From Camelus ferus (taxonomy: Eukaryota): a DNA stretch of 64,000 nt. Under the pieces are notes generated by a model. It saw only the letters and a list, made by a program, of their open reading frames with translations, had not been told where the DNA came from and did no database searches. The position numbers and the translations under genes are program-made. Positions within the stretch are counted from its first letter, which is position 1, and each line of letters opens with the position of its first letter. This document shows, in pieces, positions 39,691-53,962 of the stretch. Location of the stretch: positions 37,822,001 through 37,886,000 of the forward strand of contig NC_045696.1 in NCBI RefSeq assembly GCF_009834535.1. Direction: 5' to 3'.

Positions 39691-42600
39691 TATATTTTGG
39701 AGGGACACAGACACACAACAAATCACAACATTTTATGTTTCTTTTCAGTGCGGTCTCCAAATCAGAACTCTTTCAGAGACCAAAGAGAAAAAATATTGTT
39801 TGGGATCCATGATATTTTATAATTACAAAGCTTTAAAGTTTTCCTCTTATAAATAAAATCCATAAGAGTTTTATTTCTTCACTAGGATAGCTGATGATTT
39901 GTCAGAATTTGGTTAGTAAAAATGTAAAATTTTAAATTTTTCTCAGTCGTGGATTGGGCAGAAGTGACCTGCCTTAAGTCCTAATTGTTTATTACAAGAA
40001 AAATAATTTTTTTAACCATATCATGAAAAACAGACAGTTGACTGGGCCTTAAATCAGACAGTTCTCTCCCAAAGACTCTCTCCCTTCATTTTGGGAGGAA
40101 TACACACATTGCCAAATTAAAATGTCTACCGCATATATTGAAACAAATTTTCCCCGTTATTCAAATAGATCAGTTGAGAGGATGACATGGTTCCTATGCT
40201 TCCAGACTAAATTTTTAGATTAAGGAAATGTATCTACTATAAATAAAACTAAGCATTTGTAAGCTTCAGGCAAGCAGGAAACGACATTTGTGTGTGACAT
40301 TAAAGGTAGTGCAGTTCAACAATTTGCTTCCTGACAGCCTTTAATATTGAGACTTTGTTACGTTTTTCTTCACTAACCAAAAACACGTATAATTGATCAA
40401 CACACTTTAATATTAAGTGAGTATTTACTTTATAGATCAGGTGGAGAATATCCTGAAGTTTCATGTAGCCAGAAGCAATGTAAAATTTTGTCTTTTTTCT
40501 ATCTAGTTATAGGTACTATGACACAGTTCAATTAAAGCATCAAATAAATTAAAATTATAACTAGGTAAAAAATACAGCATTATATTTAGAAAATCCATAG
40601 ACAAAAATTTACATCTGAAAACGACGATCTAATACTAAATGTGTCCCTATATTTTATGCAAGTTCTGTCAAATAGATAACTTTTTGACAATGTTCAAATT
40701 AGGGTGTGTCTATGAAAATTAATCATGAATGCAATACTTACATAGAATTTTATACTCAGGGTACCTTTGTATGTCAATTGTTTGAAATTCAAAGAACTAG
40801 TACAGACAAAGTTCTAAATCTTGAGTGTGTTCCAGAACTACACTTTTGCTTTCTTTTTCTTTTTTTCCCCTTTCTTATACTTTCTCTTGATTAACTTTCA
40901 CAGTTAAATTTATAGAGCTATCACAGTAATTAGGAATTAACAGAACAGAGAATAGACTATATTGGTGTGACATTTTGTGTATGATTGCTGGAACTTGTGC
41001 AAGAGTGTTTGTAACTAGTAAAGGATTCAGGATTTTTTTTTTTTTTTTTTGAAAACTCAAAGATATTCACAACTAAAATCCCATTAGAGGTTGGTGGGAC
41101 TAGCAGCATATTATTTTAAGTTCATTTAAAATTCAGGTTTACCTTTTTCCTATATATCACATATATTAATAAATTCATTCTTATAAGGAAAAGCATTCAA
41201 AATGAGATATTTTTAAACAAAAAAGAGATAGGAAGATAAAGATGTATATGTATTAAAGAAAACCATTAAAAAATTAAAGAGCAGAAAAGAGAAATTCTGA
41301 AGGGAGGATGCATTGGTGAGGAAGAGGCAGTGTGAAGGGCTCATCTCTACGTTAGACACTGGAAAGCTCCGTAGGAGCAGGAGAATCAGTTATTGTCCAA
41401 GAGGGATAATAATGAGAGTGCCAGTATATGGAAATTCCTGGAACTAAAACTATTTCTCAAAGAAGAGATAATGGAAAGTCACATTCTCTGTGTACATTTG
41501 TAACATTCATTCATTTCTGTTCTTGTAATTCTGTGATGGTCTGTAAGTGGGTAACATATTAATATTATGGCACAAACAGCTCTAGGAATATCATCTCCTG
41601 AATCTAATTCATAAAAAAGAATGATAGCTACCACACTGTAAAAACAATTATTTCTAGCTAGATTTATTTTGGAAAACAGCACTTGGAATGGCAAAATGCC
41701 AAGGGCTAAACCTGCAATTTTATAACTCTGATACTAATTAATACTGTAATACCAAATTAAATAAAGCTGAAATCATCTCACAGAAAGCAACACTTTATGT
41801 TCAGAAATTTATTGCAGCTAATATCACTTTGTAATGACTTAGAGTTTGAAATTAGCCAGAGTATTTTTCATAATGATAAATGTATTTGCATTCTAAGGAA
41901 ATGAGATTTAAACCCTTGCTGAGAATGACCATTATTCCTCTTACCATTGTGTTATTTGAAGCTAAGGCCTGTTATCACACTAATTCTTTATTTTGCTTTC
42001 ATGGAATTTTATTTGGATTATTAATTTTATTTTCATACTCACTGTATAACTTTATATACTTCATATATTCTTACACTAATGTTGGTTGAAGTATTAGATC
42101 TATTCCAAGTATTAGATCTATATCCAATCTCTATTTGAGATGATTTATTTTCCCCACTTAATTTTCAGTTCTTTCTATCTGCCTTTATATGAGGTCAAAT
42201 GTGTATTGAATTTTAGGTATATATCAGATTAGGGTATCAAGTGAGTTGAAATGCATGGTGAACAAGTAAAACAGTAATGGGAAAAAATGGGCATTATAAA
42301 TAGATTTTTTTGGTACTGCTACATAAAAAAGTGATTTTGAAGCTGTAAAACTGAATTATTAAATATATTTGCTATCAGTTTGGTGTATAAAACATGGCAT
42401 TTTTAGGAGGTGTTTTGAGAAAAGATATTTGCAACTTTTTGGATTGGCTTGATCAACACTTACTCTAATTTTCTTTTGAAGTGTCTTCCTGGATTGCACA
42501 TGCAGAAAAACTAAAATCTGTACTTCCACAATCTTTTCGAGATGCTAGGTTTCCAGATGTGACTTAAGCTCAACCAATTACATATAGTGGTGGGTGTAGT

Positions 42601-44094
42601 GGTGAAAATCAAAACCTAGGGAAGTAGAGAGAGAAACATCCAAGCAAGCAGGCCCTATACAAATATCAGCAAAATACAAACCACCTGAATGAATCCCTCT
42701 ATGTGAACATAATCATATTACCTCCAAACAAGCAAAATTTTCAGTAAAACTGCTGGGGAAAAAAATGGAAAAAATTAAATAAAGTTCACATACATTTAAA
42801 GGAGTTCACAGCCAAACTTATGTATTCAAGAAGAGGAAGTGTTTCATAAGAATTGTTTAGCAAAAGCAAAGGAGAAAAAAAATGTCTAATAGAAACTTTA
42901 CTAATCTTGGTATGCTAGAAGGAGACACAATAAAAACAAGTATCACAAATATTTCTGAATTTATCCTTATCATCTGGAAAAGTATCATCTTCACAGGTAA
43001 ATTTCTGTCTCCAAGCCCAATATCCAGCTGAATCTCTTTGTCACTGACAATGAATCCACTAGAAATAAGTGCTGCCTTCAAAATGCCACTCCATAGACCT
43101 ATTACTAGTGTTCTTTACAAAGTCTATTACACTAAACTTATACCACTCTAATTAAATTTGTAATACAATCTGAAACCTAAAATTTAATGGAGTAATCTCA
43201 GTCTCTGATGAGATGTGAAAAATATTAATTTGTATTAAAGTAAAAGCTTTAAGAGGCATCATTTAAACTTTGCTGTGATATTTGTCTTGCAGCATGATGT
43301 CATCAGTAATAGTTTATCCCCAAATTTTTGTTACATATCTTCTCTTATTGCTGGGCCTTTCAAATATAAGTATTGGATTGGATTCATGCAACTTTAGGGT
43401 AAAATTTATGGTATAAGCCAGCTTCAGATATTATATGAACATTTTGACATTTATTCTTTGCCTAAAATATATGGGCAGTTAAGGTAAATATTTCCCTTTC
43501 AATAATATTTCCTACATTAACCTATGTAATATATAATCTGCAAAACAACTTTGAGAGATGTGCATTGTTATTATTTCCATTTACTGTGGATCCTTGCCAA
43601 TAATTATATAACAAAAATGGGGTGGAAACAGAATTCTGTTTCTGTATCAACTCTTAGAAGATGTCCAAATTAAAATGTATCAGCAGTAAATGAAAACATT
43701 CACCCTTACATTTTTATAAATATAAGCAAATTTAGAAAGGTGAAGCCTTGACTCAATTTCTACTGTGGAAACATGAATGTGTGGCCAAATTCCCATGTTG
43801 TTGGAAGAAAGGAGTATAGGACTTCATATTTTTAAAGACATTGACCATTTCTTTGACCGTCTTTGGCTAATCTTCCATAGAATCCCTCTTGCTCTTAAGT
43901 CTTTCTAGTCCTCAGCCCTGTTTTCATCTGCACAAAGTCTAATGATGCTTTGTTGACTTGATTTCAAAGATATTTTTCTATGTGTTGTTCTGTACCTTAG
44001 CAAATAGACATTTGGTTTATACTTTTATGTATAACTTGTGAATAGAGTATGCATACTTTATACAAATAGTCTAAACATGTAGACAAGCAAGGAA

Positions 44095-44258
44095 AAATGT
44101 CACATTGATTAAGAGCATGGGTTCTGGACTCTACCACTTGCCAGCAGCGTGATCTTTGGAAACAACTTACTATCTCTCTGCCTCAGTATCCTTATTTGTA
44201 TAATAATGTTTCAATAATGTCTACATCATAGGCTTTGTGAGTATTAGAAATATTAATG
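44095..44258 (+). mobile_element. MIR, 5' part (split by L1; resumes 45363-45435)
   Basis: ttaagagcatgggttctggact, ctctctgcctcagtatccttatttgta; after the L1: ctggcccatag..ctcagtaaatgttagcta. Confidence 0.8.
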
Positions 44259-45362
44259 TTTAAACTGATAAGCTTTTGTACACCAAAAGAAACCATAAGC
44301 AAAATAAAAAGACAACCTACAGAATGGGACAAACTATTTGCAAAAGATGAGACTGACAAGGGCTTAATCTCCAGAATATATAAACAGCTTATACAACTTA
44401 ATAAGAAAAAAGCAACCACCCAATTCAAAAATGGGGAGAAGACCTAAACAAGCAATTCTCCAATGAAGACATACAAATGGCCAATAGGCACATGAAAAAA
44501 AAATGCTCAATATCAATCATTATCAGAGAAATGAAAACCAAAACTACAATTAGGCACCATCTCACACCAGTCAGAATGGCCATCATTCAAAAGTCCACAA
44601 ATGACAAATGTGGAGAGGCTGTGGAGAAAATGGAACTGTCCCACACTGTTGGTGAAAATGTAATTTGGTACAGCCATTATGGAAAATAGTACGGAGATTT
44701 CTCAAAAGACTAAAAGTAGACTTACCATATGATCCAGCAATCCCACTCCTGGGCATATATACAGAAAGAACCTTAATTCAAAGAGATACATTCACCCCAA
44801 TGTTCACTGCAGCGCTATTTACAATAGCCAAGACATGGTAACAACTTAAATGTCCATCAACAGAAGATGGGATATTTATACAATGGAATACTACTCAGCC
44901 ATGAAAAAGAATAAAATGCCACTTGCAGCAACATGGATGGACATGGAGATTATCATTCTAAGTAAAGCCAGAAAGAGAAACAAAAATGCCATATGATATC
45001 ACTTATATGTGGAATCTAAAAAAAAAAAAAATACAAATGAACTTATTTATAAAACAGAAACAGACTCACAGACATAGAAAACAAACTTATGGTTACTGGA
45101 GGGGATGGGAGTGAGAAGGGATAAATTGGGAGTTGGAGATTTGCAGATACTAACTAATATTATATATGTAAAATAGATAAACAAGTTTATACTGTATAAC
45201 ACAGGGAAATATATATTATGGTGAAAAAGAATAGGAAAAGGAACATATGTATGTTAATGTATGACTGAACCATTATGCTGTACACCAGAAATTGACACAA
45301 CATTGTAAACTGACTATACTTCAATAAAAATGTATTATACAAATAAAAGAAAAAAGAAAAAA
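44259..45362 (+). mobile_element. Young 5'-truncated L1 with perfect 13-bp TSD
   Basis: ORF piece [28 protein letters not shown]-rich tail; TSD agaaatattaatg at 44246-44258 and 45363-45375. Confidence 0.96.
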
Positions 45363-45699
45363 AGAAATATTAATGCTTATCAAACAATTGGAAACTTCTG
45401 GCCCATAGAAACTTCTCAGTAAATGTTAGCTAGTGTTGCTGTTTTCCTTATTATTATTACTCCAATGCCTATTCTGCTCTGAATAAAAAAATTTATATTA
45501 AGGAAACCACTGGTTCTGAATTATACATAGTCAGCTTCCTCTGACATACATGGATTGGTGGTTATGGTCCTCAGAGATGTGACTCCTCCTCCCATGCCCA
45601 TGCTGTTAGGCAGCTGATGGCCCATCCACTCTGTTCAATCTCACCAGTATGGCAGAAGCAGATCTCCCTTTATCTTAGATTGGGTATAAGTAAACTCTT

Positions 45700-45913
45700 T
45701 TTTTTTTTTTCTTCACCATGCTGTTGATTACATCCCCATAACTTATTTTTCTTAAATTTGAGGCTTTGTACCTTTTGAATACCTTCACCCATTTCACTCC
45801 CCCACCCCCAACCCCCACCTCTGGCAACCACCATCCATTCTGCTTTTATGAGGTTGGTTTTTTGGATTGTACATATAAGTGAGATCATACAATATTTGTC
45901 TTTCTCTGTCTTT
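45700..45913 (-). mobile_element. Short L1MA-like 3' UTR piece with poly(A) and 9-bp TSD
   Basis: rc reads gacagagaaagacaaatattgtatgatctcacttatatg..agcatggtgaag(A)n; taaactctt at 45691-45699 and 45914-45922. Confidence 0.82.
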
Positions 45914-46477
45914 TAAACTCTTAAAAGTTCCTTGAATTAGTGTTACCAAGGGACCCTTTTCTTGCTTTAAAGATCACTATTTGGAAATATTATATAAGTA
46001 CAGAGAATGAATTTCGTATAACTCAGTTGGAAAGATGCAAAATCATAGAAGTGAAATACCACTAAAAGCTCAATTTTAGAACTTAATTTCAGTTAATTCA
46101 AAACCTACTAAAATATCAGTTATTTAATAATTCTTTTATATTATTAAAATACACATAGCAGCGTGCTGTGAATGCTATTAATGCTAAAGGTATTGGGAAA
46201 AAATCTTGTATTTGTAACTGTTAGAAGAGGAAAACCAGAAAAAAAAAAAAAAAAAAAAAAAAGAACAGCTTGAGACTCAAAATGGCCATGTTTTAGTTTC
46301 CATATAAACAAAAAAATCTTAACATCCACTTAATAAAATGACTGAAGGCTCAAAAGTCCAGTCTATTAAGGTATGGTTCTAAGGTTTAATGTTCTTTGGT
46401 TGAACTTGATTCATCCTATTTGCATTCTCATCCCTGGTCATACATCAGAGCCTTTAGAGGCTGCCTCTACTCTTTCA

Positions 46478-46646
46478 GACCAGCAAGTACTATTTAGTGC
46501 ACTGAAGCAGTATCTTACTTAATATTGTCCTGGTGACCTGTAACAACTGATACAGTTTCCAAAGGTCGTTAACTCCCAAATGGGCAGTACTTTCCTGACT
46601 ATTTAGTAAGTACTGCTTCAGTAGACTAGATAATACCTTGATGGCC
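46478..46646. repeat. Imperfect inverted repeat (47-nt arms, 75-nt spacer)
   Basis: Manual alignment of rc(46478-46524) with 46600-46646 gives about 39 of 48 matching columns. Confidence 0.8.
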
Positions 46647-47844
46647 AAAAAGATCTACTGCACCTTCCAAAATCTGAGGGACAGAGAGGAATACTGCAAT
46701 AGTGTTCTCCTACCAAGGCATAACGTGTTTCTTCCCTGACCACAACAGCAAGAATTTAAAATGCTTTTAAATCAAGTTTAAACTCATTTTATTTGAGTTA
46801 AGAGCATGATGCTATCAAAACTCTACCTTAGCTTTAGAGATAAATAAATATATAGTTATTGTTTAATTTTAAATGCAATCAAAACCCTATATCCTATTGT
46901 AAGGATAAAATTATAGAATACAAATTTTAATTCAGAATGATTTCTAATTTCTAAATTCAGCCCTTTTCCCACTTCTACATTACCTAATATATGCTTTTTA
47001 GTTTTTACTTGTAATGTTTATTTACAGAAACAAATTTGTAATAACAGTCCTTGGAAAAGATTTTAGTATAGCTTTGGGTAATCAAATTAAGATCAAATAT
47101 ATTTCAGTTAACCATGATTTACATTAACACTTGATATCACTTTATAATTTTTCAGTAAAATAATTTTCTAAATGGCTTATATAACTCAAATGTAGTGAAG
47201 CTTGATGCCAGATACTAATGATTACGTTCATTAGGTCTTCTGTCCTAATTCCTGCAACAAGGTCTCCGATTTTTCTAAACAAAGCATCACTAACCTCCTG
47301 AATCATTCTCCTTAAACCTACACCTTCAATTAGTCTGTAAACATAGTTTTGGTTTATTTGAGCTCTAAAATCCTAATGTTACCAATATATTTAATACTCT
47401 TCCATTCTCCAATCCCTTGAAATGCCTTTCCCATAGCCCTTCTAATCATATCTAGTTAAATAAAATTCTAAAAAATTAAATATCTAGGTATAATAATCAT
47501 GGGTCTCAGTCTTTAGGGGAATTGGCACTTTGTATGCATGTGTGACTACCTCCGAAGATGTTAATGAAGTGCTTGGGACTCTAAAGCAAGACATCATTGT
47601 TTAGCGTAATTCTTTCAATATCATCCTCCACAAATTTTTCAAAGGGGTCTTTACTTCTCACCACTTGCTCATTCCGATAGAGTAGTATTACCAGAGGTTC
47701 AATGGCAATAACAAAAGTAATGTACTAGAGAAAGATTCTGAAATAGATTTTTTTACATGAGTGATTTTACAATAGATGTAGGTGAGAGGTGGGGTATATT
47801 TTGGGCATTCATTTAGAGACTATGGACTCTCTCCTTGCCAAAAA

Positions 47845-47892
47845 ATAGACAGATAGAAAGATAGACAGGCAGACAGACAGACAGATAGATAT
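47845..47892. repeat. (GACA/GATA)n tetranucleotide repeat
   Basis: Directly visible. Confidence 0.85.
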
Positions 47893-50800
47893 ACTTACAA
47901 ACTCTGGTTCATAAACTAGTTCAAGCGATTTGCTTGAAACCAAACCCAGAAACAGATATGGATTTTCTAGAGGCTGTCCAGCCTCATTTTAATCAATCTG
48001 TCTTACCCTCATCGTTTTTTTACTCTAACCAATTAAATTTGATTGAAAGATAAGTTGCTTAAATATTTCAAATGGCTAAAAAGAGGAGATCAATTTCCAC
48101 TTTCCTTTAATTATGTTAACAACAGTTTACAACCACAAGTCTTTGATCTTGTAACACTGTCTTGATGAAAACAGGAATTCAACTAATATTTTCAGAGTGA
48201 ATAAAAAATAATTAAATGAATAAGCTATTTGATAGCCTCAAATTTCTTGGAGAATAAAAAACACTTTGTTTTATATTAATTTGTTTATTTTGCATGGCTA
48301 TATAAAAGCAAATAAATTATCATCACATGAAAACTTCCTGGCTTTGAAGGAAGGAGTGGGGAATAACCAATAATTGACATGTTTATAAAATAAACTGGGA
48401 AACTTGCCACATGTTAGTAACAATATTATAAATAAACCTCAATTTCCCTGCTAAAATTTTTTTCTTCCAAACTATCTATATCAAAAGTGCATTAGTAGCA
48501 GAAACAATTCAATGTTTATCTCTTCCAGTTTACCTCTTCTAGCTTTAAAGTGGTATGAAACAGATGCCAGATTCTCAGCATTAAATGGAATATATATATT
48601 TAATATGATCATTTTGATAGCCTTCCAAATTGCTATCAACAGTCTTATGCTAAGTCATATTTCTGGCTATCCTTGCATCTGATAGCACAAAATGTCTGTT
48701 GAGATTGAAGGATGGAATTTTTGTGTGTGGGGGTGTATGGATGTGCAATTCAACCCTGCATCTAAAATGCTGCCTCAAATGTGCAGACAGTATGTACTTC
48801 AGAGCTTAACATTCCAAGAGTGCTTTTTGTAGTATTTGAAATTGTAGCATATCTTCTGCATGTGAACTTCCAAAATAAAGAGGCTGACTTATCCTGTTAT
48901 TCACTCAAGTAATGAACCTACACAATAGGTAGTCCTCCCTAGGTAGAGCTAGGTTTGCATTTTGGCCTTTTTCTCCCCTAAATTTTAAAATATATTCAAT
49001 CAGCTGCTATGCAGCAATATGAGCTTCTAACATATCCGTAAATGAAACCTCTAGCTCAGCCTTTCAACAGCAAATAAACAGCCATAATTTTTTGTAAATT
49101 CTCCCTCTGAAATCACAGAGAAGAAACTCGATATACTCACCAATGACCCTTAGCAAATAGCAACTTTGTGGAATGCTCTCTGCCTTTCATAGTCTCTCTG
49201 GAGGTTACTAACTCTAATGGGAAGGGAATGTTTCATTGGCTATTATTCTTACCAGCAGTGAAAATTGAAGCAAGATACATCCATTAATTCTGTGTTCTCA
49301 TTGCAGGGTATGAGATCCCAGTGCAAGATCCCAGCGTATCTTTCCTTTCCTTTGAAAAGTAATTGTAGTTTTTGTTATTTATTTATAGCAGAGGCTTAGA
49401 TCCCTGCTCCTAGACCTGTTATGAATCTTAAACCATCAGGGTGAATGATAGTTCATTATGTATTTTTTTCTCCAAGAGTTAACCTCACAATATTATTTTG
49501 ATATTAATTTTACGAAAAGTAGAGACCTTACCTACTTTTCCTGAAATAGTGAGGCTGATTTCATACCGTTTCTGAAATCATCGTGTCTGGTAAAAGGAAT
49601 ATCATGTTTGAAGGAGGGGAAAGGAGAAGCTTTACTAAAAAATGTTTTTGGTAACCATGGATAATAAATATGTTAAGTTTTTTGCCTCTCAAGTGGCAAA
49701 TTAATTAATGAGGCATCGTATGAAATTGCAAGCAACAGAGATATTGGAATAAAGACAAAAATGGTTTAGTTTTCTTATTTAATAATAAGTGTGGGGTAGG
49801 TAGGTGGTGATTAGTGATTTAGATGCTTGAAAATGTTAGGATTGGGATCTCAGAAATCCTAATGTCTTTTTTCTCAGTGTCAAAATTAATTCTGCAGTCC
49901 CTGCCATCACCTTCTATTATAACAGGCAGGAAAAGGACAGGTAAAGAACAAAAGACTAAGTTGACTCTCTTTAAGGAACTTTACCTTAATCCCTATCCAA
50001 AAACTTCTCTTTGTATATTTTACAAATTATTTTAATCCAGAATGGACTTGTCACTATTTAACTGAGCATGACGCTACACCACAAAATGTAGTTTTGTTAA
50101 TAGGGAAGAAAAATAGAATAGAATAAGCAATTACAAGTCTCTTCCATAGGAAATATATTTTCTTTTTCTACTAGATTAGAAGAGACAAGATTTAAGTAAA
50201 TTTCTATTTTGTCTACTTTTAATAATAAGAATCATAGGTAAAATGTATTAAATATTATCTACTTGAAAAATAGGTAATATTCAGGTCATAGAAATGATCT
50301 CATTTACTCTTTGTAAAAATCCTGAAAATTAGGTTTGTTGCAGATACGGAGCTTGGTATCTCTGACTCACAGTCCTGGAAGGGAAATTTTGGCTTTGACA
50401 AAATAATATTTGTCTTATTTAACAAAATGATATTTCTAAACTAAGGATTCCTGCAAATTGTATCATTAAAATACCTATGTGCTAACAACAAAATTGCATT
50501 TTATTGTCTTTTTTTCTAGTTATAGAAACAAATTAAAGCAGATAGTAAGCCCAGTCATGCCTGTATCTTTGAGCCTGGGCCACAGTTGTTAGCTCACCAC
50601 AAGTCTCTAGGATCACCTTTTTGGATGAGAGATTCTCTCTCTATGCTTTAAATAATAATCTTTCTCAATTTCATCTTGAGTCCTTGGGATGTACCTTATA
50701 ATTTTTTATATTTTACAGAGAACCTTTTCCTATTGGTACAGACAAGACATTGTCCACTGGCTGCTCAAGTGGGATTCATTACAACTGAATTGCTTTTTCA

Positions 50801-53664
50801 TATGTTTCTATAAAAAATCGTGTTAATCTTTTAATATTCTTTAATGTAAGATTATTTATTTATTATGTATCCCTTAAATATTTTTAAAATTGTGGTTTAA
50901 ATTACAGTAAATTGAAAATACTATAAATACACTATTTGAAGTATGGAATTGGAATTAAAAATTCAATTAAATTTAAAAAATAAAAATGTAAGTTTTTAAT
51001 TGCCATGGCAAAAATTTAACCAAATAGTCTGAGGTAAAGGGAACATCATAAATCATTGGGAAGAAGAAATTTTTTTAAATTTTCTTGAAATTGACATTTA
51101 AATATTTTCTTATCTATTTTTATGAAAGACAAAAACATTATAGGCAAATCTTCAACAATGATTTGACTGAAAATACGAATATAGACTCAAACAAATCGCA
51201 TTATTCTCTAGAATGCTTGATGCGTCATGAATATTAATGTGTACTTTTATTTGAATAGTGTGTCATATTTGAGACTAGAGAATAAAACTTAATTACCATT
51301 AACAGTCTTACAAAATACCAGTGAGTGTTAATATACTGATTTACAATGCTAACTTATATTTATCTCTCAAAGTTGTATTGCTTTTCTATAGAAAGTATTA
51401 TTTTCAGAACTCATGATAAAAAAATGCTAAACAATATAATGATACACAAGCTCCAACTTCTGCCACAAAGTGTTAATGTGCATTTGAAAGAAAAGGACCT
51501 ATGTCACAAACTACTCAAAAGAGGTGATTTTTTTAAATGACATCATACTCTAACGTAGATTTTCTTTTCTATAATATGTGATATAAATCCTAGGGAGAGA
51601 AAAGAATAATATATTCTATTATGATGAAGAGGGAAGAATTCTGACCAATTTGAATACTATTATTTCATTTCAGTTTTTGATAAGCAGGTTGATCCACAAA
51701 TATCACAATAACATCAAACATAATTTCGAATAAAAATAATTTGTAGGTAAAATGTAGATTATTTATTATTATTGTACATCTCTATTCAAAGCTATGTTTA
51801 TGTGTGTTGGGCTTTCTCAGAATTTATATTCTCTTTTCCTAAAAGAGTGATTTATAAGCTGACATATACACATTTCAGGGAAGGATTTTTTTTCTTCCTA
51901 TACATTGAATATAGAGTAAAATATTGTAATATTTTACAAAATACTATGAAAATAAATTGTAAGCAGGAAACATTATTAAATAGGAAAAGAGGGATGCCTA
52001 TGCATTAGGCTACACCTATTACCTTTCATTTTAGAACCTTATAAACAGTTTCACATTGTAAGAGTACATAATGAATTATGCAAGATGCACTGCTTCTGAC
52101 AGGTATTCTTAAATTTAAGTTTCTTATAAAATGTTCTAAATTTTCTATTACCTTCCATATATTGATTCCTGAACAAGTATTTTTTTCTGCTTGTATTCAT
52201 TAAGGCTACCCGTAGTTTCTTTGTGTAAGGCAAAGTACTTCAAAGTGTATGCCAGTTACTTGTTATATGACCTTTAAAACCCATTAACCTTCCATGTGTC
52301 TTGGATCCTATGTCAAACGTGGATATTGATATATTCCTATTTACAGGCAACATTGGGTTACTATAGAAATTTGTAATAGAATAATTCCTTCATTTACACA
52401 TTCAACAATTTATTAAGTACTAATATTGAACCCTCTTTATGCTAGTCATTGTAATGTGCATGTATAAAAAATTTGTCCAATGCCAAGTTAAACCTCATAC
52501 ACACACACAAAGTATGAAACAACAAAGAAATTACAAAGGAGTGAAACAAATCTTTGGGAGGCACAAAATAGATACCTAACAGGTATAGATTTAAACTGAT
52601 GCAATTTTTAAAGAGAATTCCCCTCAGTGCTTCCTTTCATTAAGGATGTTTATAATTTTTATGTTTTATATATTTAACTCATTATCTGGATTCCAAGGAT
52701 TATACATCAGATTATAAACAAGCATTTTCAAGGGCCTATGAAAATGGATATATGGTATATAAATTTCAAATGATATATTTCATATGGCTGCTAGAGTCAG
52801 TGAAGATGCAAAAAGTGACAGCTGATACCTCAACAATGAGGAAGCAGTGAAGACTGAAAGGGAATGTAAGCACAAGGTTGAGAAAGTAGCATTTCTGAGG
52901 ACAATTTAGTGTATCAACAAGTGTAACATTTAAACATAAAAATAGTTCCAAAGGGGAAACACATATTAAGGACTGGATTGAAATATGTGGGACACTTGAT
53001 AGATCAAATTGTGGTGGCTCTGGATTCAAGTTATATTCTTTCAGTATGTGTATAATATTTACTTAATGGTGGCATAAAAAAATGTGTTACTAAATTCAGA
53101 TTGCATACTTTTGACTTACATTTTAAATAAACATTTAGTATCATATTTGATAAGTGATTTTTTTACCCTATGTGAAATTCCTTTTTTAAGCCTGTAAAAA
53201 ATTTAGATAACAAAACAAATCATTCGTATTAACTACCACCACTAGTATATATGTATATATAATTTGGTTTTAAACTGAATTCTGATTTCAAAGAGAAAGA
53301 GAAGAAGAAGAGGGAGAGATAAGACAAATCTTTACCTTTGTCCACCCACTTTGCAGTATTATGTTTCCTAAGAAAGATCTTACCTTCACACCAACACAAC
53401 CTTGAAGCCCATGGGAATATACTAGCCACATTCATCAAGAGCCAGATGTCATACACATCTGCTGTTTATGAATGCCTAGCTCCCACTCACCCAGTTTCTG
53501 AAACCAGCGCTCTGTGTACTTTGGAAAAACGTCCCTCTCTGACTTTCAATCCATGAGACTTCAGTCCATCTGATACTTCTGCTCAAGCTGTTCACACATA
53601 AACCAGGCCAGGTCAATCAAAACTATTTTTCAGTCACAACGACTAATTGACAAACACAAAAAGT

Positions 53665-53962
53665 CTCTCCTAAGACCCTGAGGAGATTCCATCCTATGCT
53701 TCTTTCATCTTCTGAGAGCTGCCAGCATTCCGTGGCGTGTGTGGCTGCCTCACTCCAACCCCTGTCTCTGCGGTCTCATCACCCCCTTTTCTGTCTCATA
53801 TTTCCCTCTGTCTCCCTCTTATAATGATATTTAAGAATTCATTTAGGACCCACCCAGATAATCCAGGATAAACTTTTATCTCAAAATCATTAATTGTGTC
53901 ATATAAGGTTAACTTTCACAAGTTCCAGGGATTAGAACAGGACATTATTCAGACAATCACAA
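53665..53962 (-). mobile_element. MLT1C-like LTR fragment
   Basis: gctgccagcattccgtggcgtgtgtggc; tttaggacccacccagataatccaggata; ttcacaagttccagggattag. Confidence 0.8.

Noticed and set aside
42090..42127. Short tandem duplication (aagtattagatctat x2); similar cases at about 11717 and 17278
   Set aside because: Ordinary slippage duplications with only two copies and no spacers; not CRISPR-like.
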